Below are positions 37,930 through 46,939 of a DNA stretch of 64,000 bases, in pieces (position 1 is the first letter of the stretch; each line of letters starts with the position of its first letter). This DNA is from Candidatus Latescibacterota bacterium. Its GTDB lineage: Bacteria > Latescibacterota > UBA2968 > GCA-2709665. The notes below the pieces were generated by a model that did not search any database, had not been told where the DNA came from, and was given only the letters and a program-made list of their open reading frames with translations. The position numbers and the translations under genes are program-made. The DNA is taken from the NCBI GenBank assembly GCA_965116875.1, contig OZ220733.1, positions 4,064,001 to 4,128,000 of the forward strand, in the 5' to 3' direction.

Positions 37930-38920
37930 ACTTGCAGCCGGCTCGGGACCGTTGTTTACAGATCCGTGTCCCGAGGCGGCGCGACGGGTCTTCCGGAAAA
38001 AACGAGCGGCCTTTGAAGACAAAGTGACGTCGGTTCGCGACGCGGTTTCACGATTCGTGAGAGACGGCGACTATGTCGCTTCGGGAGGGTTTGGCGCCAA
38101 CCGGATTTCAACCGCGTGCATGCATGAGATCCTGCGGCAGGGGAAGAAGGACCTGGGTTTCGCGGGCCATACGACCACCCACGATTTCCAAATCCTGTCC
38201 GCGGGGAACCGGAACGGCCACCTGCTGCTGTCACGGGTGGATGCGGCCTATATTGTCGGGCTGGAGGCACGGGGATTGTCGCCGCAGGCAAGGCGTATGA
38301 TGGAAAGCGGCGAAGTCGCCGTGTGCGAGTGGACGAACTATGCCCTGGCGGCACGTTTCAGGGCGGCGGCCGCGGGTGTGCCGTTCCTGCCGATGCGGAG
38401 CCTGCTTGGAACGGACACTTTCGAACGCAGCGCAGCAAAGGAGATCGCCTGTCCGTTTACGAGGCGCAAGCTTCTGGCTGTGCCCGCGCTCTATCCCGAT
38501 GTATCGTTGATCCACGTGCACGAGAGCGATCCGTACGGAAACTGCCGGATTCGGGGGATCGCCGTCGCGGACTTCGACTTGGCGCGCGCGTCCAAACGGC
38601 TGGTCGTTACCGCGGAGAGACTCGTCAGCGCCGATGAGATCCGGCGGAAGCCGGAAGCCACGGTCATTCCCGCGTTCTGTGTGGACGCGGTCTGCGAGGT
38701 GCCGTTCGGTTCCTATCCTGGAAATATGGCGGGCGAATACTTCTCTGACGAAGACCACCTTGCGGAATGGCTGGACGTCGAGAGGGATGAGGAACGGTTT
38801 GAGGTTTTTCTTGAGAAATATATATACGGGGTGGTAAGTTTTGAGGAGTACGTGAGCCTTTGCGGCGGCACGAAACGCATGCAGAAGCTCCGGCATATGG
38901 AGTTGCATCCGGAGTCATAG
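37922..38920 (+). CDS. Family I CoA-transferase subunit A (glutaconate CoA-transferase GctA-like)
   Basis: VRDGD...GGFG..R, RFRAAA.GVPF.P, PALYPDV..IHV, D.YGN, VDAV..VPFGSYP. Confidence 0.9.
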   Translation: MAELAAGSGPLFTDPCPEAARRVFRKKRAAFEDKVTSVRDAVSRFVRDGDYVASGGFGANRISTACMHEILRQGKKDLGFAGHTTTHDFQILSAGNRNGHLLLSRVDAAYIVGLEARGLSPQARRMMESGEVAVCEWTNYALAARFRAAAAGVPFLPMRSLLGTDTFERSAAKEIACPFTRRKLLAVPALYPDVSLIHVHESDPYGNCRIRGIAVADFDLARASKRLVVTAERLVSADEIRRKPEATVIPAFCVDAVCEVPFGSYPGNMAGEYFSDEDHLAEWLDVERDEERFEVFLEKYIYGVVSFEEYVSLCGGTKRMQKLRHMELHPES

Positions 38921-38968
38921 CCCGTCGGCTCCGGCGAAGTCCGGCGACCAAGTCGAAAGGAACGGCGC

Positions 38969-39736
38969 ATGCCTGAATACAGCGCCATCGAACTGGCGAT
39001 TTGCACGGCATCCAGAATACTGGAGGACGGTGCGACCGTGGGCGTTGGAACCGGCGCGCCGTGCGCAACGGCGATGCTTGCGCAGAAGCGACATGCGCCG
39101 CATCTGCTCGTGGCGTTCGAAGCGGGCGGATTGGCGCCCCTCCTGCCGTCCATGCCCATCTCTGTCGGGGATTCAAGGACATTCTACCGGGCGCAGATGG
39201 CGACCAGTATGGGCGACGTCATGGAGGCGTGCCAGCGGGGGATGATGGACTACGCGTTTCTGGGTGGCGCTCAGATCGATCCGTTCGGCAATCTGAACTC
39301 AACCGTGATTGGAGACTACCAACGCCCCAGGGTACGGTTTCCGGGAAGCGGCGGCGGGAATGACTTCGCCAGTCTGTGCTGGCGCACGATGGTGATGACG
39401 CAGCATGATCGGCGGCGTTTCGTGGAGCGGCTGGATTTCCTGACGACCCCCGGATTTCTTTCCGGCCCTGGCGCCCGCGAGGCTGCTGGGTTACCGGGCG
39501 GCGGCGGTCCTCACAAGGTGATCACGGATCTGGCGGTGATGGGGTATGACCCCGAAACCTGCCGCATGCGGGTGGAGAGTCTGCATCCGGGGGTTACGTT
39601 CGAAAGGGTTCAGGATAATACCGGATTCGAGCTGGGAAGGGCCCCTCACGTGCGCGAAACGGCGCCGCCCGACGACGAGGAACTGCGCATCCTCAGGGAA
39701 GAGGTGGATCCCTTCAGGTACATAATCGGCAGGTGA
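38969..39736 (+). CDS. Family I CoA-transferase subunit B (GctB-like)
   Basis: VGTGAP, FEAG catalytic Glu, FLGGAQIDPFGNLNSTVIG, PGSGGGND, VITDL. Confidence 0.9.
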   Translation: MPEYSAIELAICTASRILEDGATVGVGTGAPCATAMLAQKRHAPHLLVAFEAGGLAPLLPSMPISVGDSRTFYRAQMATSMGDVMEACQRGMMDYAFLGGAQIDPFGNLNSTVIGDYQRPRVRFPGSGGGNDFASLCWRTMVMTQHDRRRFVERLDFLTTPGFLSGPGAREAAGLPGGGGPHKVITDLAVMGYDPETCRMRVESLHPGVTFERVQDNTGFELGRAPHVRETAPPDDEELRILREEVDPFRYIIGR

Positions 39737-39752
39737 ACGGCGGAGGCAATGC

Positions 39753-40616
39753 ATGTCATCAGTAAAGGAGATTTACCGGTTTGACGAGTTGACGTGGCCG
39801 GAGGTAAACGAGGCGGTCGCGTTGGGGAAGATACCCATTGTTCCCACGGGATCCGTGGAACAGCACGGTCACCATCTGCCGTTGAAGGTCGATCATCTCT
39901 GTGCCAACGCGGTGGCAACGGAGGCTGCGCGGCGGAAGCCGGAGTTAAGCCTGGTATTGCCGCCGGTCAGCTACGGCTACGTTCACCACGTGATGGACTT
40001 TCCGGGTTCACTGAACGTACACTTCGAGCATTTTATCCAGTATGTACTGGATATCTGCAAGAGTCTGGCCTATCATGGATTCAAGAAGATGATTCTGGTA
40101 AACGGCCACGGATCCAACCACAACCTTGTAGATATGGTGGCCAGGCGCACGATCGTCGAGACGGATGCAAGCTGCGTATTCTGTTCCTGGTGGCAGTTGT
40201 TGAAGGTGAATCCGGACTTCGACAAGGAATGGCGCGAGAGCGTTTTTCCCGGCGGCTGCGCCCATGCGGGCGAGCTGGAGACGTCGATGATGCTCTACCT
40301 GGATCCGGAAAGTGTACGTAAGGACCGGATCAGGAGCGAGATTGCCAAAACGAACGAACTGGGGTCGAAATACGTCTGGACGGATCTGTTCGCCAAGGGT
40401 GCGATGGGTCTGATCGAGTGGACCAGCCAGTATACGGACAGCGGGGTGATGGGCGAGGCCGAGAAGGCGACCGCGGAAAAAGGGAGGGTCGTCTTTGAGG
40501 AGGCCAGCGGAAATCTGGCGGAGTTCATCGAGGAATACCACGCGATGGAGATCGCCGACCGTACAAAGCACCAGGCGAACGCGCCGACGTTTCCGCTGTC
40601 GTTTCCAACGGATTAG
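39753..40616 (+). CDS. Creatininase/creatinine amidohydrolase family protein
   Basis: LTWPEV, P.GSVEQHG.HLPL.VD, DFPG, VNGHG.N, HAGELETS, GVMG...A..EKG. Confidence 0.93.
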   Translation: MSSVKEIYRFDELTWPEVNEAVALGKIPIVPTGSVEQHGHHLPLKVDHLCANAVATEAARRKPELSLVLPPVSYGYVHHVMDFPGSLNVHFEHFIQYVLDICKSLAYHGFKKMILVNGHGSNHNLVDMVARRTIVETDASCVFCSWWQLLKVNPDFDKEWRESVFPGGCAHAGELETSMMLYLDPESVRKDRIRSEIAKTNELGSKYVWTDLFAKGAMGLIEWTSQYTDSGVMGEAEKATAEKGRVVFEEASGNLAEFIEEYHAMEIADRTKHQANAPTFPLSFPTD

Positions 40617-40715
40617 CACTATGTCTCCGCTGCCGAGCGAGCAAAGGGTTGATGAAGACCTGTCTGCGCTCGAACCGCGGCAGCGTTCATACGGCAAGAC
40701 GCATGAGCCCTTGGC

Positions 40716-40738
40716 CGCTCCCTGAGCTTGTCGAAGGG
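40716..40738 (+). repeat. 23-nt REP-like hairpin unit inserted in the loop of another hairpin
   Basis: CGCTCCCTGAGCTTGTCGAAGGG; removing it restores CCCTTGGC-TCG-GCGAAGGG. Confidence 0.7.
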
Positions 40739-40827
40739 TCGGCGAAGGGTGGTCTCAGGCGTGTCAGACAGTGAACCCGAATCTAGGCGCTCATCCTTTC
40801 GAAGGTTGTTGGAGGGTTGCTGAACAT

Positions 40828-40855
40828 GGGCATTTCGACAAGCTCAATGACCACG
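40828..40855 (-). repeat. Uninterrupted REP-like unit
   Basis: Minus strand CGTGGTCATTGAGCTTGTCGAAATGCCC, one mismatch to the outer shell of the 45631 nest. Confidence 0.75.
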
Positions 40856-41001
40856 TCTGGAAATGCTCAAGCCATCCATAAAGCGAGGCGAGGCGGAATC
40901 GACCGGCGGATAAATGGCGGCACATTTGCGGTTCGGGACACTTTGCGTCTGAATAGCGAGCATTGGTCCTGCTTTTGGCTTTTTCCCAGTTCTTGGATTC
41001 T

Positions 41002-41090
41002 AATCCTGCTTGATCCTGTCAATCTTGTAAATCCTGGTCGGTTTTGGGTTCTTGTCCTGTCCATCCTGTTTATCCATGTAAGTTCCTGTT
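41002..41090 (+). repeat. Degenerate ~9-bp ATCCTG-core tandem repeats
   Basis: AATCCTGCT TGATCCTGTC AATCTTGTA AATCCTGG ... GTCCTGTCC ATCCTGTTT ATCCATGT. Confidence 0.65.
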
Positions 41091-41121
41091 TGTAAATTGA
41101 ACGGATTAAAGGAGGTGTGGA

Positions 41122-42090
41122 ATGAAGCTTGTAACGTATGGGATCGGTAGAGACCGGTACGTCGGGTCCGTCACGGCGGATGGCGAAATCATCGTGGATC
41201 TCGCGGTTGCGGAAGGAGAAATGGCAAGCGTTCAGGGCCGTGAAGCGCGTGGATGCTTTGGCGATATGCTCTCGCTGCTCGACGCGGGCGGGGCCGGACT
41301 GCGCGCCGCGAAACAGGCAACGCGGTTCGCCGAGGACCGGCTCGGAGGAAAAGCGGACGGGTGCCTCGGCCACCTGATCGGCAAGGTGCGGCTCAAGGCT
41401 CCGGTGCCGAATCCGCGCAAGGTGTTCTGCCTCGCGGGTAACTATCAGGACCATATCGAGGAAGGTGGGGGAAAAATCGCCGTCCAGGACAAGGAAACGC
41501 CACGGGTATTCATGAAGCCGCCGTCTACCACCGTGATCGGCCCCGGAGACCGGATTCTGATTCCCCCCGTCGCAAGGTCGATCGACTGGGAGGGGGAACT
41601 GGCCGTGGTGATGGGACGACGCGCAAAAGCCGTCAAGGCGGAAGAAGCGCTGAAATACGTGGCCGGGTATACCATCATGAACGACGTGTCGGAACGGGAC
41701 CTGGTGATCAAGGAGCGCACCGACAGCCGCGACCGCGACAAATGGTTCGACTGGCTGAACGGAAAGTGGCTGGATACGTTCGGGCCGCAGGGGCCCTGGA
41801 TCGTAACGTCCGACGAGATCGGGGATCCCCAGTCGCTGGAGATCAGCACCTACGTGAATGGCGAGAGAAAGCAGAACAACAACACCGGGCAGATGTTGTA
41901 TCCCGTCGATATGATCATTGAGTACATTTCGGCCATCATCACGCTCGAGCCCGGCGATCTGATCAGCACCGGCACGATCTCGGGAGTGGGCGCGACCACG
42001 GGAACTTTCATGAAGCCGGGCGACCGCGTGGAAATCGAGATCTCGGGAATCGGCGTGTTGAGGAACGGCGTGGCGGCAAGCAAGCGTTGA
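41122..42090 (+). CDS. Fumarylacetoacetate hydrolase family protein
   Basis: APVPNPRKVFCLAGNY..H..E, FMKP, DWEGELAVV, GYTIMNDVSERD, GK..DTFGP.GPW, LEPGDLISTGT. Confidence 0.94.
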   Translation: MKLVTYGIGRDRYVGSVTADGEIIVDLAVAEGEMASVQGREARGCFGDMLSLLDAGGAGLRAAKQATRFAEDRLGGKADGCLGHLIGKVRLKAPVPNPRKVFCLAGNYQDHIEEGGGKIAVQDKETPRVFMKPPSTTVIGPGDRILIPPVARSIDWEGELAVVMGRRAKAVKAEEALKYVAGYTIMNDVSERDLVIKERTDSRDRDKWFDWLNGKWLDTFGPQGPWIVTSDEIGDPQSLEISTYVNGERKQNNNTGQMLYPVDMIIEYISAIITLEPGDLISTGTISGVGATTGTFMKPGDRVEIEISGIGVLRNGVAASKR

Positions 42091-42140
42091 CGACGTCGCA
42101 GATTGTGCGATGCAGTTCCAGGAAGACCAGGGATGGAGTT

Positions 42141-43172
42141 ATGGACGCAAGGACCAAACGCAAGATCAGCTGGTACCGATGTCCGCTGGACCGCGAAACG
42201 CTGAATGCCTTGAATCGGCGCAGCGATTTCCTGGGGTTCGTGCAGACTCTGGGCCACCTCGGCGTGCTCACGCTCACCGGAGCGTTCGCCTGGTATGCAT
42301 CTGAGCATCTTGGGCCGCCTTTCCTGATCCTGGCCCTGTTCCTCCACGGGACCGGGTACGCGTTTCTGTTGAACGGGTTTCACGAGTTCTGTCACGGGAC
42401 GGTATTCAGATCGAAGTGGTTGAACGTGGTGTTTCTCAAGGTGTTCAGTTTCATGGGCTGGTACAATCCCGTATTCTTCTGGACCAGCCATTCCAAGCAC
42501 CACCAGTACACCCTCCATCCTCCCGACGATATGGAGGTTGTCCTGCCGGTGGAGATTACGCTCAAGAGCTTTCTCAAGGCCGCGGTCGTCAATCCCTGGG
42601 GTCTGTACAACAGGCTGAAGGGCGTGGTCCGGCTGAGCCTGGGCCGTCTGGAGGGTCCCTGGGAGCGCGTGCTGTTTCCGGAGTCGGAGCCCGCTCTTCG
42701 GCGCCGCCTGTTCAACTGGGCCAGAATCCTGCTGGTTGGGCACGCGGTGCTTGCCGGCGTATCGCTCTTTTTCGGATTGTGGATGCTTCCGTTGCTGGTC
42801 ACGCTTGCGCCGTTCTACGGCGGATGGCTGCTCTTCCTCTGCAACAACACGCAGCACGTGGGACTTCAGGACAATGTCCCCGACTTCCGATTGAACAGCC
42901 GGACGGTCATTCTCAACCCGTTGTTCCGGTTCCTCTATTGGCATATGAACTACCACATCGAACATCATATGTACGCCGCGGTACCCTGCTATCGCCTGGG
43001 GAAGCTGCACAAATCGATCGTGGCGGACATGCCCCGGTGTCACGTCGGGCTCGTCTCCTGCTGGAAGGAAATTATCGGCATTTTGAGAAAGCAGAAGGCG
43101 GACTCCGGATACCAGTTTGTGGCTGAACTGCCCGTACGGGTTGACGTTGCGGAGCCAAAGCCAGCGGATTGA
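42141..43172 (+). CDS. Membrane fatty-acid-desaturase-fold di-iron enzyme (MocD-like)
   Basis: His boxes HEFCH, HSKHH, HIEHH; NNTQHVGL; TM segments. Confidence 0.88.
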   Translation: MDARTKRKISWYRCPLDRETLNALNRRSDFLGFVQTLGHLGVLTLTGAFAWYASEHLGPPFLILALFLHGTGYAFLLNGFHEFCHGTVFRSKWLNVVFLKVFSFMGWYNPVFFWTSHSKHHQYTLHPPDDMEVVLPVEITLKSFLKAAVVNPWGLYNRLKGVVRLSLGRLEGPWERVLFPESEPALRRRLFNWARILLVGHAVLAGVSLFFGLWMLPLLVTLAPFYGGWLLFLCNNTQHVGLQDNVPDFRLNSRTVILNPLFRFLYWHMNYHIEHHMYAAVPCYRLGKLHKSIVADMPRCHVGLVSCWKEIIGILRKQKADSGYQFVAELPVRVDVAEPKPAD

Positions 43173-43207
43173 CGCCCTCCGTTTCTTTCGTCCCCTTGAA
43201 GGAGTCG

Positions 43208-44410
43208 ATGACTTCCGTGGCCGACCGACCGAAGATCGCCGCCGTCGTTACCGAGTACCGCAAGTACTCCCACGCCCAGCACATCTGCGACCGCTTCCTC
43301 GAGGGGTACGGCTGGAACGGCAGACACCACCGCCCGCGGATGGACCTGGTTTCGCTGTACGTGGACCAGCGGCCCGAAGGCGATCTGAGCGCGGAGCGGG
43401 CAGCCCGCTTCCCCGGCCTGTCGATCTTTCCAACGGTCGCGGACGCGCTGACCCTTGGCGGACCCGACCTGGCCGTGGACGGTGTATTGCTCGTCGGCGA
43501 GCACGGGGAATACGGCACCAATGAAAAGGGTCAGCACCTCTATCCGCGTTACGAGCTGTTCAGGCAGATCGTCGCCGTATACCGCACCTCGGGCAGGAGC
43601 GCGCCGGTCTTCAATGACAAGCACCTGTCGTGGCGATGGAAATGGGCACGTGAGATGTACGATATTTCACAGGAGATGGGTTTCGCATTTATGGCGGGTT
43701 CGTCGCTCCCCGTGACCTGGCGTACGCCCTCCATCGACATGCCGCTGGGCGCCCGCGTGACCGAAGCCATGTGCATCGGTTACGGCGGGGTGGACAGCTA
43801 CGATTTCCACGCCCTGGAGACGCTGCAGTGCATGGTCGAGCGGCGCCGTGGAGGCGAGACGGGCGTGCGCTGGATCGACACCTACCGCGGCGAACGCTTC
43901 TGGGAGGCCCATCATGGCCCGGTATGGTCGCGGGAGTTGTTCGAAGCCTGTCTGTCTCGCAGCCATACGCTGGCGCAGCCGCGTCCCGGTTTCAGTCACG
44001 TGTTACCGACTCTGGATGAAATGAAGTCGCTCGAGGATGACCCCGTTGCCTACCGGTACGAACACAACGACGGCCTGATATCCACGATGATTCTGCTCAA
44101 CGGCGTGGTGAGGGACTTCAATTTCGCCGCGCACCTGCCGGGAAGGGACAAACCCCTGTCCACACAGATGTACCTGCCGATGCCGCCCGCGTACACAACG
44201 CTCGCGAATTTCTTCTCGCCCCAGGTCAACAACGTGGAGCGGATGTTCCTCACCGGAAAGGCCACGTACCCCGTGGAGCGGACCCTGCTCACCACCGGAC
44301 TTGTGGCCGCGGGCGTGGACAGCCTGAACCGGGAACAGACCCGCGTCCAGACGCCGCACCTCGACGTGACGTACTCGCCCAATCCCGAATCGACCTACTG
44401 GAGAACGTAA
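43208..44410 (+). CDS. Conserved hypothetical protein, divergent Gfo/Idh/MocA-like oxidoreductase (paralogue 1)
   Basis: SHAQHI.DRF, SLYVDQ, VDGVLLVGEHGEY, PVFNDKHLS, AGSSLPV, YDFHALE; paralogous to the next gene. Confidence 0.8.
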   Translation: MTSVADRPKIAAVVTEYRKYSHAQHICDRFLEGYGWNGRHHRPRMDLVSLYVDQRPEGDLSAERAARFPGLSIFPTVADALTLGGPDLAVDGVLLVGEHGEYGTNEKGQHLYPRYELFRQIVAVYRTSGRSAPVFNDKHLSWRWKWAREMYDISQEMGFAFMAGSSLPVTWRTPSIDMPLGARVTEAMCIGYGGVDSYDFHALETLQCMVERRRGGETGVRWIDTYRGERFWEAHHGPVWSRELFEACLSRSHTLAQPRPGFSHVLPTLDEMKSLEDDPVAYRYEHNDGLISTMILLNGVVRDFNFAAHLPGRDKPLSTQMYLPMPPAYTTLANFFSPQVNNVERMFLTGKATYPVERTLLTTGLVAAGVDSLNREQTRVQTPHLDVTYSPNPESTYWRT

Positions 44411-45625
44411 GTGGCTCGTCCCGAAGAACAGAGCGTGCCGGGCGCCGCTCCAACGCGCCTCGCCGTCATCGCCACCATATATCGCTACCTCTCCCACGCA
44501 CAACACATCGCGGACCGGTTCGTGGTGGGGTATCCGTATGAAGGACAGTGGCGGCGGCCCAACATGCGCATCGCGTCGCTCTACGTGGACCAGAAGCCTG
44601 AGGGCGACCAGAGCGAAGACCGCGCGAGGGAGTTCGGATTTGACGTTTACGACACGATATCCGGGGCCCTGCGCTGCGGCGGAGATCGGCTGGCCGTGGA
44701 TGCCGTGCTGATCATTGGAGAGCACGGGGAGTACCCGAGTAACGACAGGGGGCAGAAACTCTATCCAAGGTATGAGTTCTACAGGGAATGCGTCGATGTC
44801 TTCGAACAGGACGGAGTTGCGGTGCCGGTGTTCAACGACAAGCACCTCTCCTACAGCTTCGACAAAGCCCGCGAGATGGTTGCGGATTCCCGCCGCCTCG
44901 GATTCCCGCTTCTGGCAGGGTCGTCGCTGCCTGTTTCGTACAGACTACCCGACGTGGAGTTGCCGCTGGAATGCGGGATTCGCGAGGCCCTGATGGTTGG
45001 GGTGGGCGGCTCCGACGCGATGGACTACCACGCGCTGGAGGCGATGCAATGCATGGTCGAACGCAGGCGGGATGGGGAAACCGGCGTCACGGCCGTACAG
45101 ATGATCGAAGGCGACGCCGTCTGGCGGGCGGGCGAGGAGGGCGGGTGGTCCCGTGACCTGCTCGAGGCGGCCCTTTCGCGCAGCGACACGCCCTGCGGGC
45201 TGCCCGAAGAGGACGGCCGCACCCGGGATCTCCTGGGCGCCGGCGAACTGCCGGGCCTCGCGAAAAATCCCGCGGCGTACTTCATCGAGTACCGCGACGG
45301 TTTAAAGGCTACCCTGCTCATGCTGAACGGGGCCGTGCGCGATTACTGCTTTGCCGCTCGGGTGGACGGATACGACGCCCCGGTGTCCACCCAGTTTCTG
45401 CTGACGCCCACGCCGAACGTCACCTATTCGGCATGCCTGGTCCACAAGATCGTGGAAATGATCGAAAGCGGGGTGGCGCCCTACCCTCCTGAACGCACGC
45501 TCATCGTCTGCGGTATGCTCGAAGCCTGTCTCACTTCCAGGCTGCACGGCGGACGGCGTCTTGAGACTCCTGACGTTGACGTGTCCTACAGCGCGCCCGC
45601 GGAGTCCCACCACGCACGAGCTTGA
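44411..45625 (+). CDS. Conserved hypothetical protein, divergent Gfo/Idh/MocA-like oxidoreductase (paralogue 2)
   Basis: Same motif set as the preceding gene; GTG start abuts the previous stop. Confidence 0.8.
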   Translation: MARPEEQSVPGAAPTRLAVIATIYRYLSHAQHIADRFVVGYPYEGQWRRPNMRIASLYVDQKPEGDQSEDRAREFGFDVYDTISGALRCGGDRLAVDAVLIIGEHGEYPSNDRGQKLYPRYEFYRECVDVFEQDGVAVPVFNDKHLSYSFDKAREMVADSRRLGFPLLAGSSLPVSYRLPDVELPLECGIREALMVGVGGSDAMDYHALEAMQCMVERRRDGETGVTAVQMIEGDAVWRAGEEGGWSRDLLEAALSRSDTPCGLPEEDGRTRDLLGAGELPGLAKNPAAYFIEYRDGLKATLLMLNGAVRDYCFAARVDGYDAPVSTQFLLTPTPNVTYSACLVHKIVEMIESGVAPYPPERTLIVCGMLEACLTSRLHGGRRLETPDVDVSYSAPAESHHARA

Positions 45626-45630
45626 CGACG

Positions 45631-45704
45631 CGTGGTCATTGAGCATGCCTGCATTGAGCTCGGTCCCTGAGCCTGTCGAAGGGTGTCGAAATGTCGAAAT
45701 GCCC
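45631..45704 (+). repeat. Triple-nested REP-like hairpin units
   Basis: CGTGGTCATTGAGCATG[CCTGCATTGAGCT[CGGTCCCTGAGCCTGTCGAAGGG]TGTCGAAATG]TCGAAATGCCC. Confidence 0.85.
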
Positions 45705-45818
45705 GCATATATGAAACGGGCAGATATTTCCGGGAGTACCATCTGGGCCGAAGAACGTTCACTTTTTTCGCTCCTGGTAACAACATCGTTCATTTGTTGA
45801 AAACGCGGGAGGTTTGCC

Positions 45819-46916
45819 ATGAAAATGCAGGCGTCGGTGCTGTTGGAACCGCTCAAGCCGCTGGTCGTGGAGGACCTGGACCTGGAAGGGCCGAAGCAGG
45901 ACGAAGTCCTGGTTCGCATGGTGGCAAGCGGGGTCTGTCACAGTTGCCTGCACGTCGTGGACGGGGGCTGGAAGGGGTTTCCCATGCCGATGGTGCTGGG
46001 CGATGAAGGGGCGGGTGTGGTGGAGGAGGTGGGCCCTGGCGTGAGGCACGTAAAGCCCGGGGATCACGTGATCCTCTCGTGGTCTCCCACCTGCGGGCGT
46101 TGCCACTACTGCGTTACCGGGCTTTCCCACCTGTGCGAACGCGGCGTGCCGTCCAACGGGGTGTTGATGGACGGCACCTCGAGAATGAAGTTGCGCGGGC
46201 AAACGGTCTACCACTATGGGCCTGCGTGCAGTTTCTCTTCCTATTCAGTGATGCCGGCGTCCTGCGCCGTGCCCATTCGCGAGGATATGCCGCTGGACGT
46301 GGCCGCGCTGATCGGGTGTTCCGTGATGACGGGCGTGGGTTCGGTGATCAACACCGCCGCGGTGACGCCAGGGGCGAGCATGGCGGTATTTGGATCGGGT
46401 GGAATCGGCCTGAACGCGGTCCAGGGTGGAACGCTGGTGCAGGCCCACCCCATCATTGCCGTGGACATCAATCCCGCGAAGCTCGAATACGCGAAGTCGT
46501 TCGGCGCCACTCACACGATCAACGCCGCCGAGGCCGATCCCGTGGAGGCGATCCGGGACCTGACGGGACGGGGGGCCGATTACTCCTTCGTGGCCGTGGG
46601 TGAGCCGCGCGTGATCAACCAGGCCTGGGATTGTCTGGCGTCCAGGGGCCAGTGTGTGCTCATCGGGTTGCCGCCGACCGGTTCCACGGTGACCTTCGAT
46701 ACCGGAAATCTCCAGTCCAACGAGCGGATCATGCGGGGCTCCAAATACGGCAGCGCCAGGACGTGGGACGATTTTCCCCGGATGGTGGAGCTCTATCTGG
46801 CAGGCAAGCTCAAGATCGACGAACTGGTGACGCGCAAATACGGCGTGGATGAAGCGAACGAGGCCTTCGATGCGCTCGTGGCGGGTGAAGTGGCCCGGGG
46901 CCTGATCGTCTTCTGA
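45819..46916 (+). CDS. Zn-dependent alcohol dehydrogenase (class III-like MDR)
   Basis: GVCHS, LGDEGAG, CGRCHYC..G..HLC, IGCSVMTG.G, GSGGIG. Confidence 0.94.
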   Translation: MKMQASVLLEPLKPLVVEDLDLEGPKQDEVLVRMVASGVCHSCLHVVDGGWKGFPMPMVLGDEGAGVVEEVGPGVRHVKPGDHVILSWSPTCGRCHYCVTGLSHLCERGVPSNGVLMDGTSRMKLRGQTVYHYGPACSFSSYSVMPASCAVPIREDMPLDVAALIGCSVMTGVGSVINTAAVTPGASMAVFGSGGIGLNAVQGGTLVQAHPIIAVDINPAKLEYAKSFGATHTINAAEADPVEAIRDLTGRGADYSFVAVGEPRVINQAWDCLASRGQCVLIGLPPTGSTVTFDTGNLQSNERIMRGSKYGSARTWDDFPRMVELYLAGKLKIDELVTRKYGVDEANEAFDALVAGEVARGLIVF

Positions 46917-46939
46917 ACAGGGCGACGCTCAGGAACGGG

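Noticed and set aside
39753-40616. Mycofactocin MftE assignment for the creatininase
   Set aside because: No mftA, mftB, mftC or mftD in the window; only generic family motifs.
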